From contig JAYQVF010000001.1 in NCBI GenBank assembly GCA_038148335.1, positions 6,476 through 70,475 on the forward strand: a stretch of 64,000 nt of DNA. The letters run 5' to 3'. Shown here in pieces: positions 1 through 11,176 of this stretch (its first letter is position 1; each line of letters starts with the position of its first letter). Both the position numbers and the translations under genes were made by a program. The DNA comes from Alphaproteobacteria bacterium (GTDB lineage Bacteria > Pseudomonadota > Alphaproteobacteria > SHVP01). Below the pieces are notes generated by a model. It ran no database searches, was not told where the DNA came from, and was given only the letters and a program-made list of their open reading frames with translations.

Positions 1-504
1 ACGGGCAACGTGCCTGACCCGCGTGACGCCAAGGACGAGGCCAAGCGCGCGGCCATGACCCGGGCGCTGGAATACATGGGCCTCGAGCCAGGCACCCCGA
101 TGACGCAGGTCAAGGTCGACCGCGTGTTCATCGGGTCGTGCACCAATGCGCGGATCGAGGATTTGCGCAGCGCCGCCGCAATCACCAAGGGGCGCAAGGT
201 CGCCGACGGCGTTATCGCGCTCGTGGTGCCCGGTTCCGGCCTGGTGAAGAAGCAGGCCGAGGAAGAAGGCCTGGACGAGATCTTCATCGAGGCCGGCTGG
301 GAATGGCGCGAGCCGGGCTGCTCGATGTGCCTCGGCATGAACCCGGACAAGGTCGGCGCCGGCGAACGGTGTGCCTCGACCTCGAACCGCAACTTCGAAG
401 GCCGCCAGGGCACGGGCGCGCGCACCCACCTGGTAAGCCCGGCCATGGCCGCGGCGGCGGCCGTCAGCGGGCACCTCGCCGACGTCCGCGAATTCAGCAA
501 ATAG
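1..504 (+). CDS. leuC: 3-isopropylmalate dehydratase large subunit, C-terminal part (5' end outside window)
   Basis: Aconitase-family C-terminal motifs ([20 protein letters not shown]) in a frame open from position 1; followed by leuD and leuB. Confidence 0.9.
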   Translation, partial: TGNVPDPRDAKDEAKRAAMTRALEYMGLEPGTPMTQVKVDRVFIGSCTNARIEDLRSAAAITKGRKVADGVIALVVPGSGLVKKQAEEEGLDEIFIEAGWEWREPGCSMCLGMNPDKVGAGERCASTSNRNFEGRQGTGARTHLVSPAMAAAAAVSGHLADVREFSK

Positions 505-515
505 GGGAACGCGAC

Positions 516-1115
516 ATGGAAAAGTTTGGCGTGTTGACCGGCACCGCCGCGCCGATGCCGCTCAAGAACATCGACACCGACATGATCATCCCGGCGCAGT
601 TCCTCAAGACGATCGAGCGCACCGGGCTGGGCAAGGTCGCGTTCTTCCGCATGCGCTTCGACAACAAGGGCAACGAGAAGCCGGATTTCATTCTCAACCA
701 GGAACCGTTCCGCGACGCGAAGATCATCGTCGCCGGCGACAATTTCGGCTGCGGTTCCAGCCGCGAACATGCGCCGTGGGCGCTGGCCGACTTCGGCATC
801 CGCTGTGTGATCTCGACCAGCTTCGCCGACATCTTTTTCAACAACTCGGCGAAGAACGGCATCCTGCTCATCACCGTCCCGGCAGCCGACCGTGACGTGC
901 TGATGCGCGACGCGCAGCAGGGCGCAACGCTTACCGTCGATCTGGCCAAACAGGTCGTGCGGCGGCCGGACGGTTCGGAAGTGGCGTTCGAGATCGAAGG
1001 CAACCGCAAGCACAATCTGCTCAACGGTCTCGACGACATCGGGCTGACGCTCGAGCACGAGGGCGACATCGCCGCCTACGAGAACGACCTGAACGCCGAA
1101 CGCCCCTGGCTCTAG
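516..1115 (+). CDS. leuD: 3-isopropylmalate dehydratase small subunit
   Basis: ATG at 516 inside the longer 138..1115 ORF. Product [31 protein letters not shown] is typical LeuD; 12 nt after the leuC stop. Confidence 0.9.
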   Translation: MEKFGVLTGTAAPMPLKNIDTDMIIPAQFLKTIERTGLGKVAFFRMRFDNKGNEKPDFILNQEPFRDAKIIVAGDNFGCGSSREHAPWALADFGIRCVISTSFADIFFNNSAKNGILLITVPAADRDVLMRDAQQGATLTVDLAKQVVRRPDGSEVAFEIEGNRKHNLLNGLDDIGLTLEHEGDIAAYENDLNAERPWL

Positions 1116-1125
1116 GGAGAGCACC

Positions 1126-2232
1126 ATGAAGAACAAGAAGATGCTGGTCCTCGCGGGCGACGGGATCGGCCCCGAGGTTATGGGCCAGACGCTGCGCGTC
1201 GTCGAGTGGTTTGCCGACAAGCGTTCGGTCGCCTTCGATATCGAGGAAAATCTCGTCGGCGGCGCCGCCTACGACGCTTACGGCACGCCGCTCGCGGACA
1301 AGACCCTCGACAAGGCGACCAACACCGATGCGATCCTGTTCGGCTCGGTCGGCGGCCCCAAGTGGGACGGCGTGGCGCGCGACAAGCGGCCCGAAGTCGG
1401 CATCCTGATGCTGCGCAAGAAACTCGATCTGTTCGCCAATCTACGGCCGGCAACGGTGTTTCCGGCGCTTGCCGAGGCGTCGAGCCTCAAGACCGACCTG
1501 GTGTCGGGGCTCGACATCATGATCGTGCGCGAATCGACGGGCGGCGTCTATTTCGGCGAGCCCAAGGAAATCACGACGCTGCCCGACGGCACCAAGCGCG
1601 CGGTCGACACGCAGGTCTATACCAGCACCGAGATCGATCGCGTTGCCCGTGTCGCCTTCGAGCTTGCGCGCAAGCGCAACAACCGCCTCTGCTCGGTCGA
1701 AAAAGCCAACGTGATGGAAACCGGCGTCCTGTGGCGCGAAGTCGTGACAAAGACGCACAAGGACGGGTTCGAGGATGTCGAACTGAGCCACATGTATGCG
1801 GACGCCTGCTCGATGCAGCTGGTGCGCAATCCGAAGCAGTTCGACGTCATCGTTACCGACAACCTGTTCGGCGACATGCTGTCGGACCAGGCTTCGATGC
1901 TGACCGGTTCGATCGGCATGCTGCCGTCGGCGACGCTGGGCGCTGCCGACGCGACCGGCCGGCGGCGCGCGCTCTATGAGCCGATTCACGGCAGCGCGCC
2001 GGATATCGCCGGCCAGGGGCTGGCCAATCCGCTGGCCCAGGTCCTCAGCTTCGCGATGCTGCTGCGCTACTCGTTCGACCTCGGCGCGGAAGCCGATCTG
2101 GTCGAGAAAGCCGTGGCCAGCGTGCTCGACAGCGGCCTGCGGACGGCCGACATCATGCAGCCAGGCAAGACCAAGGTCTCGACCAGCGCCATGGGCGACG
2201 CCGTCATCGAACACCTCGGCAAGCTCGCCTAA
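1126..2232 (+). CDS. leuB: 3-isopropylmalate dehydrogenase
   Basis: 368 aa isocitrate/isopropylmalate dehydrogenase family protein in the leuCD-leuB context. Confidence 0.93.
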   Translation: MKNKKMLVLAGDGIGPEVMGQTLRVVEWFADKRSVAFDIEENLVGGAAYDAYGTPLADKTLDKATNTDAILFGSVGGPKWDGVARDKRPEVGILMLRKKLDLFANLRPATVFPALAEASSLKTDLVSGLDIMIVRESTGGVYFGEPKEITTLPDGTKRAVDTQVYTSTEIDRVARVAFELARKRNNRLCSVEKANVMETGVLWREVVTKTHKDGFEDVELSHMYADACSMQLVRNPKQFDVIVTDNLFGDMLSDQASMLTGSIGMLPSATLGAADATGRRRALYEPIHGSAPDIAGQGLANPLAQVLSFAMLLRYSFDLGAEADLVEKAVASVLDSGLRTADIMQPGKTKVSTSAMGDAVIEHLGKLA

Positions 2233-2255
2233 AAACTCAAACCGGAGCCAACGCC

Positions 2256-3281
2256 ATGAGCTATCGCGTGGCCGTCGTCGGTGCGACGGGCAATGTCGGC
2301 CGAGAAATGCTGAACATTCTCGAGGAGCGGCAGTTTCCCGCGAGCGAGGTCATTCCCCTCGCCTCCAACCGCTCGAAGGGCAAGGAAGTCGGCTACGGCG
2401 AGCGGACGCTCAAGGTGAAGGCGCTCGAGGACTTCGACTTCGCCGGTACCGACATCGCGCTGTTCTCGGCCGGATCGACGGTCTCCGAAGCCTTTGCGCC
2501 GGCCGCTGCAAAGGCCGGGTGCGTCGTCATCGACAACTCGTCGAAGTACCGGATGGACCCGGACGTGCCGCTGGTCGTCCCGGAAGTGAATGCCGATGCG
2601 CTTGCCGGCTATTCGCGCAAGAACATCGTCGCCAACCCGAACTGTTCGACGGCGCAACTGGTCGTCGCGCTGAAGCCGATTCACGACGTAGCGAAGATCA
2701 AGCGCGTCGTCGTCGCGACCTACCAGTCGACGTCGGGCGCCGGCAAGGACGCCATGGACGAGTTGTTCAGCCAGACCAAGGCGATCTACGTCAACGACCC
2801 GGTCGAGCCTGTCGAGTTCACCAAGCAGATTGCATTCAACGTCATCCCCCACATCGACGTCTTCATGGAAGACGGCAACACCAAGGAAGAGTGGAAGATG
2901 ATGGTCGAGACGAAGAAAATTCTCGACCCCAAGATCAAGCTGACGGCGACGTGCGTGCGGGTACCGACCTTCGTCGGCCACGCCGAGGCCGTGAACATCG
3001 AACTCGAGAAGCCGTTGTCCGCCGACGAGGCGCGTAGCATCCTGCGCGAAGCGCCGGGCCTTATGGTCGTCGACAAGCGCGAGGACGGTGGCTACATCAC
3101 GCCGATCGATTGCGTCGGCGACTACGCCACCTTCGTGAGCCGCATTCGCGAGGACGCGACGGTCGAGAACGGTCTCAACCTCTGGGTTGTTTCCGACAAC
3201 CTGCGCAAGGGCGCGGCCCTCAACGCCGTTCAGATCGCCGAGTCGCTGGTCAACCGCCACCTCGGGAAGCGGGCGGCCTAG
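2256..3281 (+). CDS. asd: aspartate-semialdehyde dehydrogenase
   Basis: 341 aa with an N-terminal NAD(P)-binding VAVVGATGNVGREML motif and the Asd-typical NPNCSTAQLVVAL motif. Confidence 0.93.
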   Translation: MSYRVAVVGATGNVGREMLNILEERQFPASEVIPLASNRSKGKEVGYGERTLKVKALEDFDFAGTDIALFSAGSTVSEAFAPAAAKAGCVVIDNSSKYRMDPDVPLVVPEVNADALAGYSRKNIVANPNCSTAQLVVALKPIHDVAKIKRVVVATYQSTSGAGKDAMDELFSQTKAIYVNDPVEPVEFTKQIAFNVIPHIDVFMEDGNTKEEWKMMVETKKILDPKIKLTATCVRVPTFVGHAEAVNIELEKPLSADEARSILREAPGLMVVDKREDGGYITPIDCVGDYATFVSRIREDATVENGLNLWVVSDNLRKGAALNAVQIAESLVNRHLGKRAA

Positions 3282-4122
3282 ACATCGCCGCGAACGTCTG
3301 CGACGGCGCGACGATCTCGGACGCGGCGGCCAGCACTTGCAGATCTGGGTTGCGACCGGTCGCCCGGAGAACGCCGTAGACTCCCGACACCGCCAGCGAC
3401 AAAGCTTCGGGTGGCGATGTCCCATCCGCCAGGCGTGCGGCGAGGATCGCGGCAAGCAGGTCACCTGCACCATGCGCCGGGCTGTTCACCAACGGAGTCG
3501 TCACGTGCCACGCGTTTTCGCCGGCAAGCATGAACGTGCGCGCGCGGTCGTCGGGCGCGTCCCCGGTGCAAACCGATGTGACAACGACGACTTGGGGCCC
3601 GGAAGCCTGCAGGCGCGCCGCCGCCGACCAGACCGCCGCGTCATCCGCCGCCGGAGCACCGGTCAGATACTCGAGCTCGAAGTGGTTCGGGGTGAGCACG
3701 TCGGCAAGAGGAACCAGGGTTTCCGCCACGGACCTGGCCACCGCCGCCGGCACGTAGAGGCCCTGCGCACGGTCGCCGAGAACCGGATCGCAAACATAGC
3801 GAGCCCCTCGGCCGGACTGCGCGCGGACCGTCGGCACCACACCGGCGATGATCCCGACGTGGTCGGGGTCGCGAAGGTAGCCGCTGAGAACCGCATCGAC
3901 CGACGCCAGCAGACCGTTCTCCCGCAACGCTGCCAGCATGCGCGCCATCGTAGCCGACGCCAGCGTCTCGCCGGCGAAGGACCGGCCGGCCGGATGGTTG
4001 GAGAAAACGACCGTCGGCACCTCCCACAGCTCGCGTCCCAAGAGCGTGAAGACATGGCGTGCGACGGCATTGCCGACGTGTCCGGCAACGACATGAGAGT
4101 GAAACGAGAGCGTTACATTCAT
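3250..4122 (-). CDS. pdxY: pyridoxal/pyridoxamine kinase (PdxY/PdxK family)
   Basis: Motifs SHVVAGHVGN, DAVLSGYL, CDPVLGD and GAGDL match the ribokinase-fold PdxY. Start taken at the internal ATG (MNVTLSF); the 3' end is convergent with asd and overlaps it. Confidence 0.8.
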   Translation of the reverse strand: MNVTLSFHSHVVAGHVGNAVARHVFTLLGRELWEVPTVVFSNHPAGRSFAGETLASATMARMLAALRENGLLASVDAVLSGYLRDPDHVGIIAGVVPTVRAQSGRGARYVCDPVLGDRAQGLYVPAAVARSVAETLVPLADVLTPNHFELEYLTGAPAADDAAVWSAAARLQASGPQVVVVTSVCTGDAPDDRARTFMLAGENAWHVTTPLVNSPAHGAGDLLAAILAARLADGTSPPEALSLAVSGVYGVLRATGRNPDLQVLAAASEIVAPSQTFAAMSRPPASRGGG

Positions 4123-4274
4123 GGCAATGCCGATGACGGAAATGGGCGGTCTGTAGCGCCCCGTTTGATTGACTTGCCTGAGGGCGCGGTTTCTAATCGC
4201 CTCCACACTCTGGCAAATATCCCGCTAGTCACCACGACAAAACCGTTACTTTCGCGAGTCCAAAGGTTTTCACG

Positions 4275-4670
4275 ATGAGCGCGCAGGAACGCCCTCTTTC
4301 CCCACATCTACAAGTCTACCGCTGGCAGATCACGATGACGCTGTCGATCCTACACCGGATCACCGGCGTCGGCCTTGGGCTGGGCACCTTGCTCATGACC
4401 TACTGGCTCATAGCCGCGGCTGCCGGACCGGGCTGGTTTGCCGATGCCCAGGAATTCGTCGGCAGCATCATCGGCCGCATTATTCTATTCGGCTTCACGG
4501 TGTCGCTGATGCTGCACCTGTGCAACGGCATCCGTCACCTGTTCTGGGACGCAGGCAAGGGTTTCGACCTGAAGAATGCCCGCGCCAGCAGCGTTGCCGT
4601 CCTGATCGGCACCATCGTCCTCAGCGTGGGCGCTTGGGCCATCGCCTATGCCGTGCGGGGTGACCTATGA
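4275..4670 (+). CDS. sdhC: succinate dehydrogenase cytochrome b556 subunit
   Basis: 131 aa membrane protein with the SdhC signature (RPLSPHLQVYRW); first gene of sdhCDAB. Confidence 0.88.
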   Translation: MSAQERPLSPHLQVYRWQITMTLSILHRITGVGLGLGTLLMTYWLIAAAAGPGWFADAQEFVGSIIGRIILFGFTVSLMLHLCNGIRHLFWDAGKGFDLKNARASSVAVLIGTIVLSVGAWAIAYAVRGDL

Positions 4671-5047
4671 GCCTGAGAACACCCATCGGCCGCGTCCGCG
4701 GTCTCGGATCGGCCAAGGAAGGCACCCATCACTGGTGGTACCAGCGCGTGACCGCGCTGGCCCTGGTCTTCCTGCTGATCTGGTTTGCGATCTCGCTGAT
4801 CGTCCTGGCCGACGCGTCGTACCAGGACGTGCGCGCGTGGATCGGCCATCCGGTGGTCACCGGCCTCCTGCTGCTGACCATCGTGTTCACCTTTTATCAC
4901 CTCAAGCTCGGCCTGCAGGTCGTGATCGAGGACTACGTGCATACGGAAATCGTGAAGCTGGGAACGCTTCTGGCGATATCTGCCGCATGCATCGTTGCCG
5001 GCCTGGCCTGTGTCCTGTCGGTCCTGTACGTCGCATTCGGAGGCTAG
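4667..5047 (+). CDS. sdhD: succinate dehydrogenase hydrophobic membrane anchor
   Basis: 126 aa polytopic membrane protein overlapping the sdhC stop (ATGA), between sdhC and sdhA. Confidence 0.85.
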   Translation: MSLRTPIGRVRGLGSAKEGTHHWWYQRVTALALVFLLIWFAISLIVLADASYQDVRAWIGHPVVTGLLLLTIVFTFYHLKLGLQVVIEDYVHTEIVKLGTLLAISAACIVAGLACVLSVLYVAFGG

Positions 5048-5053
5048 GGCGGA

Positions 5054-6844
5054 ATGAGCGAAGCCTATCCCATCACAGAGCACCTTTATGACGTCGTGGT
5101 GGTCGGCGCCGGTGGCGCGGGCCTGCGCGCCGTTGTCGGCATGGCCGAAAAGGGCCTGAAGACGGCCTGCATCACCAAGGTGTTCCCGACCCGCTCGCAC
5201 ACGGTTGCCGCCCAGGGCGGCATCTCGGCCGCGCTCGGCAACATGGGGCCGGACGATTGGCGCTGGCATATGTACGACACGGTCAAGGGTTCCGACTGGC
5301 TCGGCGACCAGGACGCGATCGAGTACATGTGCAAGGAAGGCCCGGACGCTATCGTCGAGCTGGAACACTACGGCGTGCCGTTCTCGCGCACCGAAAGCGG
5401 CAAGATTTATCAGCGTGCCTTCGGCGGCATGACCACCAACTTCGGCGAAGGAACCGCCCAGCGAACCTGCGCCGCGGCCGACCGCACAGGCCATGCCATC
5501 CTGCACACGCTGTACCAGCAGAGCCTGCGCCGCCGCGCCGAGTTCTTCGTCGAGTATTTCGCGCTCGACCTTATCATGGACGACGACGGGACCTGCGTCG
5601 GCGTCCTGGCCTGGAACCTGGACGACGGCAGCCTGCATCTGTTCCGGTCGCACATGACGGTTCTGGCGACCGGCGGCTACGGTCGCGCCTATTTCTCGTG
5701 CACCTCGGCGCACACCTGCACCGGCGACGGCAACGCCATGGTGCTGCGCGCCGGTCTGCCGCTGCAGGACATGGAGTTCGTCCAGTTCCACCCCACCGGC
5801 ATCTATGGTGCCGGCGTGCTCATCACCGAAGGCGTGCGCGGCGAAGGCGGCTATCTCGTCAATTCGCAAGGCGAGCGCTTCATGGAACGCTATGCGCCGC
5901 ACGCCAAGGACCTGGCGTCACGCGACGTGGTCAGCCGCTCGATGACCATCGAGATTCGTGAAGGCCGAGGCGTCGGCGCCAACAACGACCACATCTTCTT
6001 GCATCTCGACCACCTCGATCCGGCGATCATCAACGAGCGTCTGCCCGGGATTTCGGAAAGCGCGAAGGTTTTCGCCGGCGTCGATGTGACCCGCGAGCCG
6101 ATCCCGGTGCTGCCGACCGTCCACTACAACATGGGCGGCATCCCGACGAACTACCACGGCGAGGTAATCAAGGGATCGGAAGACGATCCCGATGCGCTGG
6201 TCCCGGGCCTGATGGCCGCGGGCGAAGCCGCGTGCGTTTCCGTGCACGGGGCCAACCGCCTGGGCTCTAACTCGCTGCTCGACCTCGTGGTATTCGGCCG
6301 CGCCGTCGCCAATCGCGCCGGCGAGGTGGTGGACGCGGGCGCGGCCCACCGCACGACGCCGAAGGCCAGCGTCGATAAGGCGCTTGCCCGGCTCGACCAC
6401 TTCCGCAACGCCAGCGGCGGGACGCCGACGGCGGACATTCGCCTCAGCATGCAGCGCACCATGCAGAACAACTGCGCGGTGTTCCGCACGGGTGAGGTTC
6501 TCGAAGAAGGCAAGAAACTGATCGAGGACGTGCGCAGGACGATGAGCGACATCCGCGTCACCGACCGATCGATGGTATGGAACTCCGATCTGGTCGAGAC
6601 GCTCGAACTCGACAACCTCATGGGACAGGCGATCGTCACGATGCACGGTGCGGCAAACCGCCAGGAAAGCCGCGGCGCCCACGCGCGCGAGGACTTTCCC
6701 GAGCGCGACGACGAGAAATGGATGAAACATTCCATGGAGCGTTACGACGGGGAAGGCAACGTGAAGATCTCGTATCGCCCCGTGCACGAGTACACCCTTA
6801 CCAACGACGTTTCGTATATCCCGCCGAAGGCGCGGGTCTACTGA
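5054..6844 (+). CDS. sdhA: succinate dehydrogenase flavoprotein subunit
   Basis: 596 aa; FAD-binding [11 protein letters not shown] and the covalent-FAD His region ([10 protein letters not shown]), with the SdhA-specific C-terminus. Confidence 0.96.
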   Translation: MSEAYPITEHLYDVVVVGAGGAGLRAVVGMAEKGLKTACITKVFPTRSHTVAAQGGISAALGNMGPDDWRWHMYDTVKGSDWLGDQDAIEYMCKEGPDAIVELEHYGVPFSRTESGKIYQRAFGGMTTNFGEGTAQRTCAAADRTGHAILHTLYQQSLRRRAEFFVEYFALDLIMDDDGTCVGVLAWNLDDGSLHLFRSHMTVLATGGYGRAYFSCTSAHTCTGDGNAMVLRAGLPLQDMEFVQFHPTGIYGAGVLITEGVRGEGGYLVNSQGERFMERYAPHAKDLASRDVVSRSMTIEIREGRGVGANNDHIFLHLDHLDPAIINERLPGISESAKVFAGVDVTREPIPVLPTVHYNMGGIPTNYHGEVIKGSEDDPDALVPGLMAAGEAACVSVHGANRLGSNSLLDLVVFGRAVANRAGEVVDAGAAHRTTPKASVDKALARLDHFRNASGGTPTADIRLSMQRTMQNNCAVFRTGEVLEEGKKLIEDVRRTMSDIRVTDRSMVWNSDLVETLELDNLMGQAIVTMHGAANRQESRGAHAREDFPERDDEKWMKHSMERYDGEGNVKISYRPVHEYTLTNDVSYIPPKARVY

Positions 6845-6862
6845 GGACCGGCAGGTATCCCG

Positions 6863-7639
6863 ATGGTTGAATTCTCGCTTCCCCGTAATTCCAAGGTCGG
6901 CAAGGGCAAGACGGTCAAGGCCAAGGACGGCGCCAAGAACGTCAAGCGCTTCAAGGTCTATCGCTGGAATCCGGACGACGGCAACAACCCGGTCGTCGAT
7001 ACCTACGAGGTCGACCTGGACACCTGCGGGCCGATGGTTCTCGACGCGCTGATCAAGATCAAGAACGAGCTCGACTCGACCCTGACGTTCCGCCGGTCGT
7101 GCCGCGAGGGCGTGTGCGGTTCATGCGCGATGAACATCGACGGCACCAATACGCTCGCTTGCACCAAGGCGATCGAGGACGTGAAAGGCGACGTGTCGGT
7201 CTATCCGCTGCCCCACATGAAGGTCGTCAAGGACCTGGTGCCGGACATGACCAACCTCTATGCCCAATACGCGTCGGTGCAGCCTTGGCTGCAGGCCGAA
7301 TCGGAACCGCCGACGCGCGAGCGCCTGCAGTCCCGCGACGAACGCGCCGAGCTGGACGGCCTGTGGGAGTGCATCCTGTGCGCCTGCTGCTCGACGAGCT
7401 GCCCCAGCTACTGGTGGAACAGCGATCGCTATCTCGGGCCGGCCGTCCTGTTGCAGGCCTATCGCTGGATCGCGGACAGCCGCGACGAGCACACCGGCGA
7501 ACGCCTCGACAACCTCGAGGATCCGTTCCGGCTCTATCGCTGCCACACGATCATGAACTGCACCTCGGCCTGTCCCAAGGGGCTCAACCCGGCCAAGGCC
7601 ATCGCCGAAACCAAGAAGCTGATGCAGGAGCGCCGCTAG
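6863..7639 (+). CDS. sdhB: succinate dehydrogenase iron-sulfur subunit
   Basis: 258 aa carrying the 2Fe-2S and 4Fe-4S/3Fe-4S cysteine clusters ([33 protein letters not shown]). Confidence 0.96.
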   Translation: MVEFSLPRNSKVGKGKTVKAKDGAKNVKRFKVYRWNPDDGNNPVVDTYEVDLDTCGPMVLDALIKIKNELDSTLTFRRSCREGVCGSCAMNIDGTNTLACTKAIEDVKGDVSVYPLPHMKVVKDLVPDMTNLYAQYASVQPWLQAESEPPTRERLQSRDERAELDGLWECILCACCSTSCPSYWWNSDRYLGPAVLLQAYRWIADSRDEHTGERLDNLEDPFRLYRCHTIMNCTSACPKGLNPAKAIAETKKLMQERR

Positions 7640-7679
7640 GCCTTGGGCTGTTTCGCCTCCGGCGCCGGGAATCGCTGGG

Positions 7680-9170
7680 TTGCCTGACGACCATTCGCTG
7701 CGCCAGAGCTACGACGACCTGCCCTACGAAACCCGGGCGCGGCGCAAGACGCACCCCGACACGCTCGCCACGATTGCGACGCTGTTCGGCCTCGATCCGC
7801 CGGCGGTGAACGCGGCGCGGGTTCTCGAAATCGGCTGCGGCACCGGAGAGAATCTCGTGGCGATCGCGGGCGCCCTTCCGGACGCCGCCTGTACCGGCAT
7901 CGACCTGTCGGCGAGCCAGATCGCGATGGCCCGTAACCTCGCGGCGGCGGCCGGCATCAAGAACGCCGACTTCCATGTTCGCGACTTCGGCGATCTGGTA
8001 CGGACGGAAGAGCCTTTCGACTACGTCATCGCCCACGGCGTGCTGTCGTGGATTCCGCTTGACCGACACCGTGACCTGCTCGATCGCTGTTCGCACCCCC
8101 TGGCACCCGGCGGTCTTCTCTACCTGAGCTACAACGCACTGCCCGGCTGGCATCAACGCCGCATTGTCCGCGACCACCTGCTGAGGGCGGTCGACGGAAT
8201 CCGGGATGCGGACGCCCGCGTTCGCACGGCGCGCGACAGCCTGGCGCAGCTAGCCGACATCGTCGGCGAGTCGGAGTCGAGCTACGGCAAGCTCGTCCGG
8301 GAGGAGCGGGACAACGCACTCAAACTTGGCGACTCCTACCTCGCGCACGATCTACTGGAGACCTACAACACCGCCTTCTATTTCGATGACGCAGTATCGA
8401 TGGCACGAGACCACGATCTGCACTTCGTCGGCGAGGCCGCCTTCGAGGCGATGGTGCCGGACACATATCCGGGCGCGATCGCCGATGCACTCAAGACAAT
8501 CCCCGCGCTGTACGACCGCGAACAGGCGCTCGACTTCCTGATCAACCGGACGTTCCGCGAATCGATCTTTTGCAAGAGCCGGCAGGCGGCCATGACCCCC
8601 CAACTGCCGCGCCTGGCGCGATTGCTCTACGCGGCCCGGCTGCAACGCAAGCCGGGACCATCGGACGCCGAGAGCGTCGTCTACCAGGACGTCGGCGGGC
8701 GCGAGATTGCGATGGCCCCCGGCGCCGCACAGCAAGCCATCGACACCCTGTCGCAGCGCTTTCCCGAAGCGCTCACCTTCGAAGAGATCGTCGCCGGCCT
8801 CGCCGTGCCCGCGCCGGCGGACCAGCAGGGGATCGTCGGCCTGATCAACGCGTTGTTCGTCCTGTACTCGCGGGGATTCGTCAGCCTGCACAGCGTGCGC
8901 CCCGGGGTCGTTGCGCTACCCGGCAAGCTGCCGAGGGCGCCGGGACTGGCCCGGGCGCAATGCGCCCGCGGCACCCGGGTCACGACAGCGCTACTGGAGA
9001 ACCTCGAAATCGACGATCCGGATTGTCGCGTCCTCCTTCCCCTGCTCGACGGCACGCGCGACATCCCGACGCTCGCGGCGGCACTACCACCGGACAGCGA
9101 GATCAAGCCGACCTACCGCGTGACCACGGCCCTGAGCAAGCTGGCGCGCGTCGGGCTGATCGTGGAATAA
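7680..9170 (+). CDS. class I SAM-dependent methyltransferase with C-terminal methyltransferase-regulatory-like domain
   Basis: N-terminal Rossmann MTase motif (VLEIGCGTGENL). The C-terminal ~300 aa resembles the 'methyltransferase regulatory domain' seen in alphaproteobacterial proteins downstream of sdhB. Possible TTG start at 7680, so the start is uncertain. Confidence 0.7.
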   Translation: MPDDHSLRQSYDDLPYETRARRKTHPDTLATIATLFGLDPPAVNAARVLEIGCGTGENLVAIAGALPDAACTGIDLSASQIAMARNLAAAAGIKNADFHVRDFGDLVRTEEPFDYVIAHGVLSWIPLDRHRDLLDRCSHPLAPGGLLYLSYNALPGWHQRRIVRDHLLRAVDGIRDADARVRTARDSLAQLADIVGESESSYGKLVREERDNALKLGDSYLAHDLLETYNTAFYFDDAVSMARDHDLHFVGEAAFEAMVPDTYPGAIADALKTIPALYDREQALDFLINRTFRESIFCKSRQAAMTPQLPRLARLLYAARLQRKPGPSDAESVVYQDVGGREIAMAPGAAQQAIDTLSQRFPEALTFEEIVAGLAVPAPADQQGIVGLINALFVLYSRGFVSLHSVRPGVVALPGKLPRAPGLARAQCARGTRVTTALLENLEIDDPDCRVLLPLLDGTRDIPTLAAALPPDSEIKPTYRVTTALSKLARVGLIVE

Positions 9171-9178
9171 GACCGGCC

Positions 9179-10303
9179 ATGAACTCGCTTCGTACCGCGT
9201 ACGAGCGGCTGTTGCGCGACGAAGGCTGGCAAGCCGATCCCGCCCAGCAGACCGCCGTCGATCGGCTCGAGAAGCTGACGCAGGACCTCGGCGCCTGGGC
9301 CGGGGGCCGGAAACCCCTGCTGGCGCGCCTCGCCGGGCGGCGAACGGCCGAGATGCCCCGGGGCCTCTATCTGTGGGGCGGCGTCGGGCGTGGCAAGTCG
9401 GCGCTGATGGATCTCTTCTTTGGCCATGTCGCGGGGGTCAGGAAGCGGCGGGTGCACTTTCACGCCTTCATGCTGGACGTGCATGCGCGGGTCTATGCCG
9501 AGCGGCGCAACCCGGCGAACAAGGGCGACCCGCTCAAAGAGGTGGCCAAGCAGATCGCCGGCGAGGCGACGCTGCTGTGCTTCGACGAGTTCCAGGTCAC
9601 CGACACCGCGGATGCGATGATCCTGTCGCGGCTGTTCAAGAAGATGTTCGAGCGCGACGTGATCGTCGTTGCCACGTCGAACCGGCCGCCCGACGATCTC
9701 TACCTCGGCGGGCTCAACCGCGAGCTTTTCCTGCCATTCATCGACATTCTGAAGCAGCGCTGCGATGTCCTTCATCTCGACGGCGGCAAGGACTATCGCC
9801 TCGAGCAGCTGCGCGAGATTGGCGTGTTTCATACTCCGCTCGGCCCGCAGAGCGAGGCGGAACTGGCCGCCGCCTTCCGCCGGCTATCGGGTGTCGATCA
9901 GGGGGCGCCGTTGACCCTCAGCGTACAGGGACGGACGGTTACCGTACCCAACGCCGCCGGCGGCGTCGGGCACGCGTCCTTTGCCGATCTGTGCGGGAAG
10001 CCGCTCGGCAGCGCCGACTATTTGGCCATCGCCGAAACGCTCCACACGCTTCTGATCTCGGGCATTCCGGCCATGGGCCCCGAAAAGCGCAACGAGGCCA
10101 AGCGATTCACGACGCTGATCGACGCGCTCTACGAGCACAAGGTCAACCTGATCTGCAGCGCCGCCGCCGAACCGAACGGCCTTTACCCCGAGGGGCACGG
10201 TGCGTTCGAGTTCGCCCGCACGGTATCGCGCCTCATCGAAATGCAGTCGCCAGACTACATGGCGCTGGCGCATGTCGTCGGCGAGGGTAAGACCGCGGGC
10301 TGA
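9179..10303 (+). CDS. zapE: AFG1/ZapE-family ATPase
   Basis: ATG at 9179 inside the 8570..10303 ORF. Walker A (GGVGRGKSALMD), Walker B (LLCFDEF) and overall AFG1-like organisation. Confidence 0.85.
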   Translation: MNSLRTAYERLLRDEGWQADPAQQTAVDRLEKLTQDLGAWAGGRKPLLARLAGRRTAEMPRGLYLWGGVGRGKSALMDLFFGHVAGVRKRRVHFHAFMLDVHARVYAERRNPANKGDPLKEVAKQIAGEATLLCFDEFQVTDTADAMILSRLFKKMFERDVIVVATSNRPPDDLYLGGLNRELFLPFIDILKQRCDVLHLDGGKDYRLEQLREIGVFHTPLGPQSEAELAAAFRRLSGVDQGAPLTLSVQGRTVTVPNAAGGVGHASFADLCGKPLGSADYLAIAETLHTLLISGIPAMGPEKRNEAKRFTTLIDALYEHKVNLICSAAAEPNGLYPEGHGAFEFARTVSRLIEMQSPDYMALAHVVGEGKTAG

Positions 10304-11161
10304 CTACCAGGTCAGGCCGCGCAGCACGGCAAAGGGATCGACGTTCGAGTCGGCAAGAAAGCGCGACAGCCGCGCCGGCTCGATCGGATCGCCGACATCG
10401 GCGCGGTGCAGGCCACCGGCCACGAAAATCGCATCGATCCCGAAGTTCATGGCGCCGCGCAGGTCGGTGCGCGGCGAATCGCCGATCGCCACGACATGCC
10501 GGCGCTCGACGCCACGATCGCCCAGGCACGCTTCATAGGCCGTGCGATAGGGCTTGCCGAACTGGACGACCGTTCCACCGAGTTCTTCGTAGCGCGCCGC
10601 GAGCGCGCCGGCGCATTGGAGGATCCGGTCGCCGCGCATGACGCGGAGATCGGGATTGGCGCACAGCAGCGGCACACCGGCCTGTCGGGCCGCCGTCAGT
10701 TCGGCTTCGTAGTCCGCGACGGTTTCGCGTTCGTCGTGACGCAGACCCGTGACCAACAGAAAAGCAGCGTTCGCCGGCGACGCCGTCCGCGCGTAGCCAA
10801 GACCGGCGAGCAGATGTTCGTCTTTCGTGGGGCCGAGATAGTAGTAGGGCGCGTCTCGCACGAGCCCGTCGATCCCAGCCTCCAGCGCGCGGTAGGCGAT
10901 CTCGCCCGAACTGACCACCGCGTCGTAGGCGTCGGGCGGCACACCGATCCCGGCGATCTGCTTGCGGACCGCGTCGGTGCGGCGTGGGGCGTTCGACAGG
11001 AAGATGCGCTCGATCCCGGTCTCGCGCATACGTGCGAGACAATCGAGAACGCCGGGATAGGGCCGCGTGCCGTCATGCACGACGCCCCACAGGTCGACAA
11101 TCGCGGTGCGATAGTGCGCCGCGACTTCGCCGAAACCGCTCAGGATCCTGGGTGATGCCAT
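10304..11161 (-). CDS. HAD-superfamily class IIA hydrolase (TIGR01459-like)
   Basis: DLWGVVHDG motif (the HAD catalytic DxD lies within it) and the later LSNAPRR motif; 285 aa. Sits immediately downstream of pyrD on the minus strand. Confidence 0.75.
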   Translation of the reverse strand: MASPRILSGFGEVAAHYRTAIVDLWGVVHDGTRPYPGVLDCLARMRETGIERIFLSNAPRRTDAVRKQIAGIGVPPDAYDAVVSSGEIAYRALEAGIDGLVRDAPYYYLGPTKDEHLLAGLGYARTASPANAAFLLVTGLRHDERETVADYEAELTAARQAGVPLLCANPDLRVMRGDRILQCAGALAARYEELGGTVVQFGKPYRTAYEACLGDRGVERRHVVAIGDSPRTDLRGAMNFGIDAIFVAGGLHRADVGDPIEPARLSRFLADSNVDPFAVLRGLTW

Positions 11162-11176
11162 GCCGAGCCTCGGACG

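Noticed and set aside
2229-3473. 414-aa ORF on the minus strand
   Set aside because: Lies entirely antisense to the strongly conserved asd gene and has no recognisable motif. Long antisense ORFs are expected in ~65% GC DNA because stop codons are AT-rich.
4646-5902. 418-aa minus-strand ORF
   Set aside because: Antisense to sdhD/sdhA with an Arg/Ala/Gly-rich, low-complexity translation; a GC-driven artefact.
8570-10303. 577-aa ORF suggesting a long N-terminal extension on ZapE
   Set aside because: The upstream 200 codons overlap the methyltransferase gene in another frame and are low-complexity. The ATG at 9179, right after the MTase stop, gives a standard-length ZapE.
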